Origin: an uncultured Nitrososphaeraceae archaeon
Lineage (GTDB): Archaea; Thermoproteota; Nitrososphaeria; Nitrososphaerales; Nitrososphaeraceae
Reading direction: 5' to 3'
DNA length: 64,000 nt
Assembly (NCBI GenBank): GCA_963825865.1
Contig: CAWGVG010000008.1
Coordinates: forward strand, 51,651 to 115,650
Shown in pieces: positions 59,420 through 64,000 of this stretch (positions within the stretch are counted from its first letter, which is position 1; every line of letters begins with the position of its first letter). Both the position numbers and the translations under genes were made by a program. The notes beneath the pieces were generated by a model. It saw nothing but the letters and a program-made list of their open reading frames with translations, was not told the DNA's origin and did no database searches.

Positions 59420-59526
59420 GGGCTCGTAGCGCAGACTATTAGTATGAATAATAAAAATAGGCGTAGAATGGATAGCGCGGACGCCTCCTAAGCGTCAGGT
59501 CGAGGGTTCAAATCCCTTCGAGCCCG
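59420..59526 (+). tRNA. tRNA-Arg(CCU) with a 32-nt non-canonical D-loop intron at 15/16 (59435-59466)
   Basis: GGGCTCG/CGAGCCC stem; GACGC-CTCCTAA-GCGTC; GCGC/GCGT central helix, AGA bulges, CTATT/AATAG outer helix. Confidence 0.9.
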
Positions 59527-59569
59527 CATTGATATCACTCCTTTATTAGGGTTCTAAACAAAATAAAAG

Positions 59570-60764
59570 GTGATAGAAAAAAGATTGGATGAATATCAAG
59601 ATTATCGATCAGAAGATCCCTATTCGATTTTCGTGTTTGCGATGAATGCCCCTCAAACTAGGGAGAAGTATACTACCAGAGTTGATAGGTTTTTTCGATT
59701 CGTCAGTGTTCAAGGGAATACCATACAGGAACGCTGTAAAGCTTTTGCTGAAATTGCAAAGAATGATACCTATTGGGCTCTAAACAATGTTCGAAAGTTC
59801 CTACAGGTCTATAAGCAAAGAGTAGAAAAAAAGGAAATCACAGGGGCAACTCTTCGAAATTATGTTAAATCAATCAAACTTTTCTGTGAAATGAACGATA
59901 TTCTTATTCCATGGAAAAAAATTACCCGAGGTTTACCGAGAGGAAGAAAGTATGCTGAAGACCGTGCTCCTACCATAGAAGAAATTCGCAGGGTGATTGA
60001 ATATCCCGATAGAAGAATTAAAGCAACTGTTTTTACTATGGCTTCTTCAGGAATTCGTGTTGGTGCATGGGATTATTTAAGATGGGGACATATAATCCCA
60101 ATCGAAAGGCAAGGGCAGATAGTTGGCAGCAAAGATAATTGTATATGCTGGAGACGATGAAGAATATTTCAGCTTCATTACTCCAGAGGCATATAATGAA
60201 TTGCAGAAATGGATGATTTATCGCAAGGAATCAGGAGAGACGATTGACAGTCAAAGCTGGATTATGCGAAATATTTGGGACACAAAGAGAGGTTATATGA
60301 AGGGTCTTGTGACTGCTCCTAAAAAACTGAAATCTAGTGGTGTTAAGAGGCTCATGGAAGATGCACTTTGGACACAGGGACTTAGGAAGAAATTAGAAGA
60401 AGGTAAGAGACGCCATGAATTTCAAACAGATCATGGTTTACGAAAGTGGTTCAAGACTCGTTGTGAACTTTCACGAATGCAGCCAATTAACATAGAAGAA
60501 TTAATGAACCATTCGACTGGAATATCTGATTCATATTACAGAGTAACTGAGTCTCAACTCCTTGAAGATTATCTTAACGCAGTACCATTTCTAACTATAT
60601 CTTCAGAAAATCGATTAATTTTGGAAAATAACAAAATTAGGTACCGTAATGATATATTGGAAAGAGACAAGGATGAAGTAATTTTGCTACGTAAAGAATT
60701 GCAACCTCTACTGGCACTAAAGAAGACATTGGAAGAACAAGGATTATTGAAAGTATCTTCTTAG
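59570..60764 (+). CDS. tyrosine integrase (indel at ~60125)
   Basis: SSGIRVG (R), HGLRKWF (HxxR), LMNHSTGISDSYYR (H, Y); starts 43 bp after tRNA-Arg. Confidence 0.9.
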
Positions 60765-61131
60765 TCTATGTTGCATATGGAATACACACAAAAAAAGAAA
60801 TTAAATTTGTTTTTTAATACTTTGCTTCATTATAAAATCTACGCATTGTCATACATACTTCTTCTTGGTAAGTCACTAAATCTTTTATTCAAGTAGAACT
60901 ACTCTGCGTTCATCGTGTTTTAGTATTTCCTATAAACTACATAGATGAGTGTGAAGATTCTACATAATCAGGCTTTGGATTTTTAATACGAGAGAAGTAG
61001 ATTTCATTGGCTGCATTGCTTGAAAATTTACTTTTTTCTTCTTGCATTATTTACCTTCAAATAAATTTCGTTCATCTTCTCCAATGCTAATTTTTGATAG
61101 ATTGTAGCTTCTTTTTATCCATTCTGTCAAT

Positions 61132-61479
61132 TTAGTACGAATATCTATCATCGCTGTTGACTATCTGCATTAAAAAATCTGTAGGATAAAGTGACTTGGG
61201 ATTAGGCCTGATAAACCCAGTGGTAAGAGGATAATCCGAAGTTTTATGATTGTTGTCTCTTAGTAGCCCTATATAGAACAAAAAGCTAAATTCATCTGCT
61301 AATGCATTTTCTATAAGATGCAGATCATTTTCTAAGCTAAAATCTTCTTGTTCCATATTATTTGCATATAATTTATCTAGCGTCCAAGAAGGTATAGTCT
61401 TTGAAAGTAAGTGATACAAGAGGTACGTTTTGTTTTGGTCTTCTTTTCTTGCTTGCCATATGTTTAGCAAAGGATTCAA
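61132..61479 (-). CDS. hypothetical protein, probably a fragment of a longer disrupted gene
   Basis: ORF 115 aa; coding-like sequence on both sides. Confidence 0.4.
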   Translation of the reverse strand: MNPLLNIWQARKEDQNKTYLLYHLLSKTIPSWTLDKLYANNMEQEDFSLENDLHLIENALADEFSFLFYIGLLRDNNHKTSDYPLTTGFIRPNPKSLYPTDFLMQIVNSDDRYSY

Positions 61480-61950
61480 GGTCGGTGTATCTAACTAATA
61501 CTTCAATTTCCCTTAATTTGTCCTGAATAAACTGATAATACTTGCTGTTTAGAAATTCTTGTAGGACAATCGTCAGATTGTATTGCTGAATATGTCTTCG
61601 TCGTAAACTACAAAGAATTTGTTAATTATACTTAACGCAGATGATCTAACATTGTCATGAATTTCCTTATTTCCACCGAGTAAGACTGGACAATGACAAA
61701 ATCTCAGATTTATCAAGAAATAAATAATCAAATATAGAAGGAAAAAAATGAAAGTCCAAGATACCTTTCAACAATTGCCATTTTCCGAAAATAAGTGGGA
61801 GTTTTTCTTTGTAATTTGATGCTATTTTGTTATAACTGAAGTTAGCAGAAGATTGAATATTTAGCCCAGGACGAGGTTTGGCATAGGCTAACTGTTTTCT
61901 CAGAATAGACGACGATATTATTATTTGGGAGTGCTATTCTATTATTGGGA

Positions 61951-62846
61951 ATGTCTAAGATAACAAGGCAAAAGAATGTGATATTTGCGTTGGTGATTGC
62001 TATATTTGTGAGCAGTAGGTACTGTTGTCCTTTCTCCTTCTTCTCCTAGTCATAATAATAATAACAATAGCATGGAAGTAGCATATGCACAGCACAGAGT
62101 GCTGGTAACAGTACCAATAACAACAATAATGTGCAAACAGTAAACTTTCTTACTGACGACGGAGTTTCAATAATAGGTTCGTATTATTCTTCTCCATCAA
62201 ATGTTGTTAGTAACGCTTCTTCTTCTTCTTCAACAACAACACCAACTGTAATTCTTTTACATATGCTGGGAAAAGATAGGAGCACTTGGAATGCCTTTGC
62301 CTCTACATTAAGTCAAAAAGAAGGCTATGCTGTATTATCTATAGACTTGAGAGGTCATGGTGAAAGTGTCAAACAAAATAACGGCAATGCAATATCTTTT
62401 CAATCATTTACTCCAGACGATTACAATAAAATGGTTTTAGATGTAAAGTAAGAAAACAATTTCTAATTACAAATAAGAATGCTAATCCAAATAACATATC
62501 TATAGTTGGTGCCAGTATTGGCGCTAATGTAGCAATAAACTAGGCAGGCTATGGATCCTACAATAAAATCTGTTGTGATTTTTCGCCTGGACTTAATTAC
62601 AGAGGCGTATCTACAGAAGAAGCAATAACGAATTACAAAAATAATAATTCAGTTATATATTGCAGACCTGAAGGTGATTCAGAAGGAGCAGACAGGCTCT
62701 AAAATACTCTGTGAAAAGATAAATTGTGATGGAAATCTAAAGATATATTCTGGCGGTGGTAGTAGTAGTCATGGTAAAATATGTTCTCTGATCAGTTATT
62801 AAATCCGCCATTACAAGACTTGATAATATCATGGCTGGCTAAGTAA
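61951..62846 (+). pseudogene. secreted alpha/beta hydrolase, multiply frameshifted
   Basis: VILLHMLG, IDLRGHGES, IVGASIGANVA. Confidence 0.75.
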
Positions 62847-62885
62847 ATCATAGTTATTATTATTGCTGTTACGTGTCTATAACTA

Positions 62886-63994
62886 TACCTACTAACATAA
62901 ATTCGCAGACTCTCTCATCAGGTATTTGACGATATTCAAGTTGAAGTGTTTTGTCCTATAGTAGCCTGCAATAGCTGCTTTTAGATTTGTAAACCTGGGA
63001 TAGTATTTTGATACCAGTAGATCATCTTTTCCCTGTTTCCAGCATTCTTCTACTGCGCTGAATTCAGGCGATCCCTTTGGAAGGTATTCAACTGTCATGA
63101 CATCATTATTTCTTTCTAGATATGCTCTAACTCTCTTGGAACGATAATGCTGTGGTGCTCGGTCAAGAAATATGATCAGTTTGTGAAACTTTCTTTTGAG
63201 TTCCCCTAGATACGAAATGAAGGAGTACTGGTCAAACGTCTTGTACTGTCTGAATAATTGTCGTCCATCAAGGGTAATTGTACCAAATACACATGTTTTC
63301 TGATGCGAGCCAGTCGTTACTACCATTGGACGTATTCCTTCTGGTGTCCACATCCTTCTTCTAACCAATGCATCATGTACGAATATGGATTCATCTTCGA
63401 CCACTACCGTGAATCCTTCTTCAGGGATGTTTGTTGAGATTATTTCTTCAGCCTTTTTTTGAACGCTTCTTTCTCTTCTTTTGGTGCTGTATTGACAAAT
63501 CTCCTTTGTGGTACTTTAGGTTTGAAACCCCACTTGTGTAGTAGCCTATAGACATGAACTTCATGGTATCTTACACCTGCTTTCTTGTGAATTATGTTCA
63601 TAATTTCCTTAGCCTTCCAACCTGATGGGTTTTCTGATAGTTCTCTTCTTATCTTTGACAGCTTCTCTTTCAGGTACATCAGGAGGTCTGCCACTTCTAG
63701 GTCTGTTTTTCAATCCTTCCAAACCATCTTTATCAAATCTTTTGAACCATTTGTACGCCCAAGCTCTCGACCTGTGAAGTTCTTCTTTAGATACCAGTAC
63801 CATATCTTGACCATCAGAGATGATCCGTCTAACTAGCAGAATTCTTTCCCTCACATTGGCGTCCGATTCACGTTTGTAAGCATAGTCCAAAAGAGTAGTA
63901 TATGTAGCCACCAGAAATTAAATACTGGTTTACCAAGCTAAAAACACAGCGAACAAAATCATTAAACCATTCTACGCATTTTTGTTAGGCAGTA
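62886..63994 (-). mobile_element. IS630-family insertion sequence
   Basis: imperfect TIRs tacctactaacataaattcgcaga / rc tactgcctaacaaaaatgcgtaga; TA at 62884-5 and 63995-6. Confidence 0.85.
62892..63911 (-). CDS. IS630 transposase; HTH and DDE frames joined at an A7G -1 slippery site, plus an extra indel near 63668
   Basis: RPRSGRPP, EDES, FLDRA..H, LP.GSPEFSAVEECW; TTC AAA AAA AGG junction at ~63453-63460. Confidence 0.88.
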
Positions 63995-64000
63995 TACGAT

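Overview
AT-rich archaeal chromosome segment, most consistent with a soil ammonia-oxidising archaeon (Nitrososphaeraceae-like). Supporting markers are CdvB/CdvC, an archaeal histone, RPA, Nob1, a plastocyanin-type blue copper protein and BHB-intron tRNAs. The first ~32 kb is a low-density accessory patchwork of IS5, signalling and secreted genes and many truncated fragments (TIR, SIR2, cyclase, RadA, SDR, Cas4-like, integrase). From 32.9 to 47.1 kb lies a core block (rpa, histidine kinase, ileS, ppa, cdvC, cdvB, trmB, nnrD, nob1, nadK, tRNA-Ile). After it come a decayed integrase element, trpCBA with a deleted trpA, tRNA-Cys, a histone, and tRNA-Arg with an integrase and an IS630. Many genes, including essential ones, are split by single-base indels, so most frameshifts are probably consensus errors. 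The non-homopolymer indels fall repeatedly at GCWGC, suggesting a host DNA-modification motif. Other leads are a two-member secreted family with a shared promoter and N-terminal module, and a multi-TM plus Venus-flytrap fusion with no output domain. No CRISPR array or rRNA was seen. All calls come from reading the sequence by eye; no searches were run.
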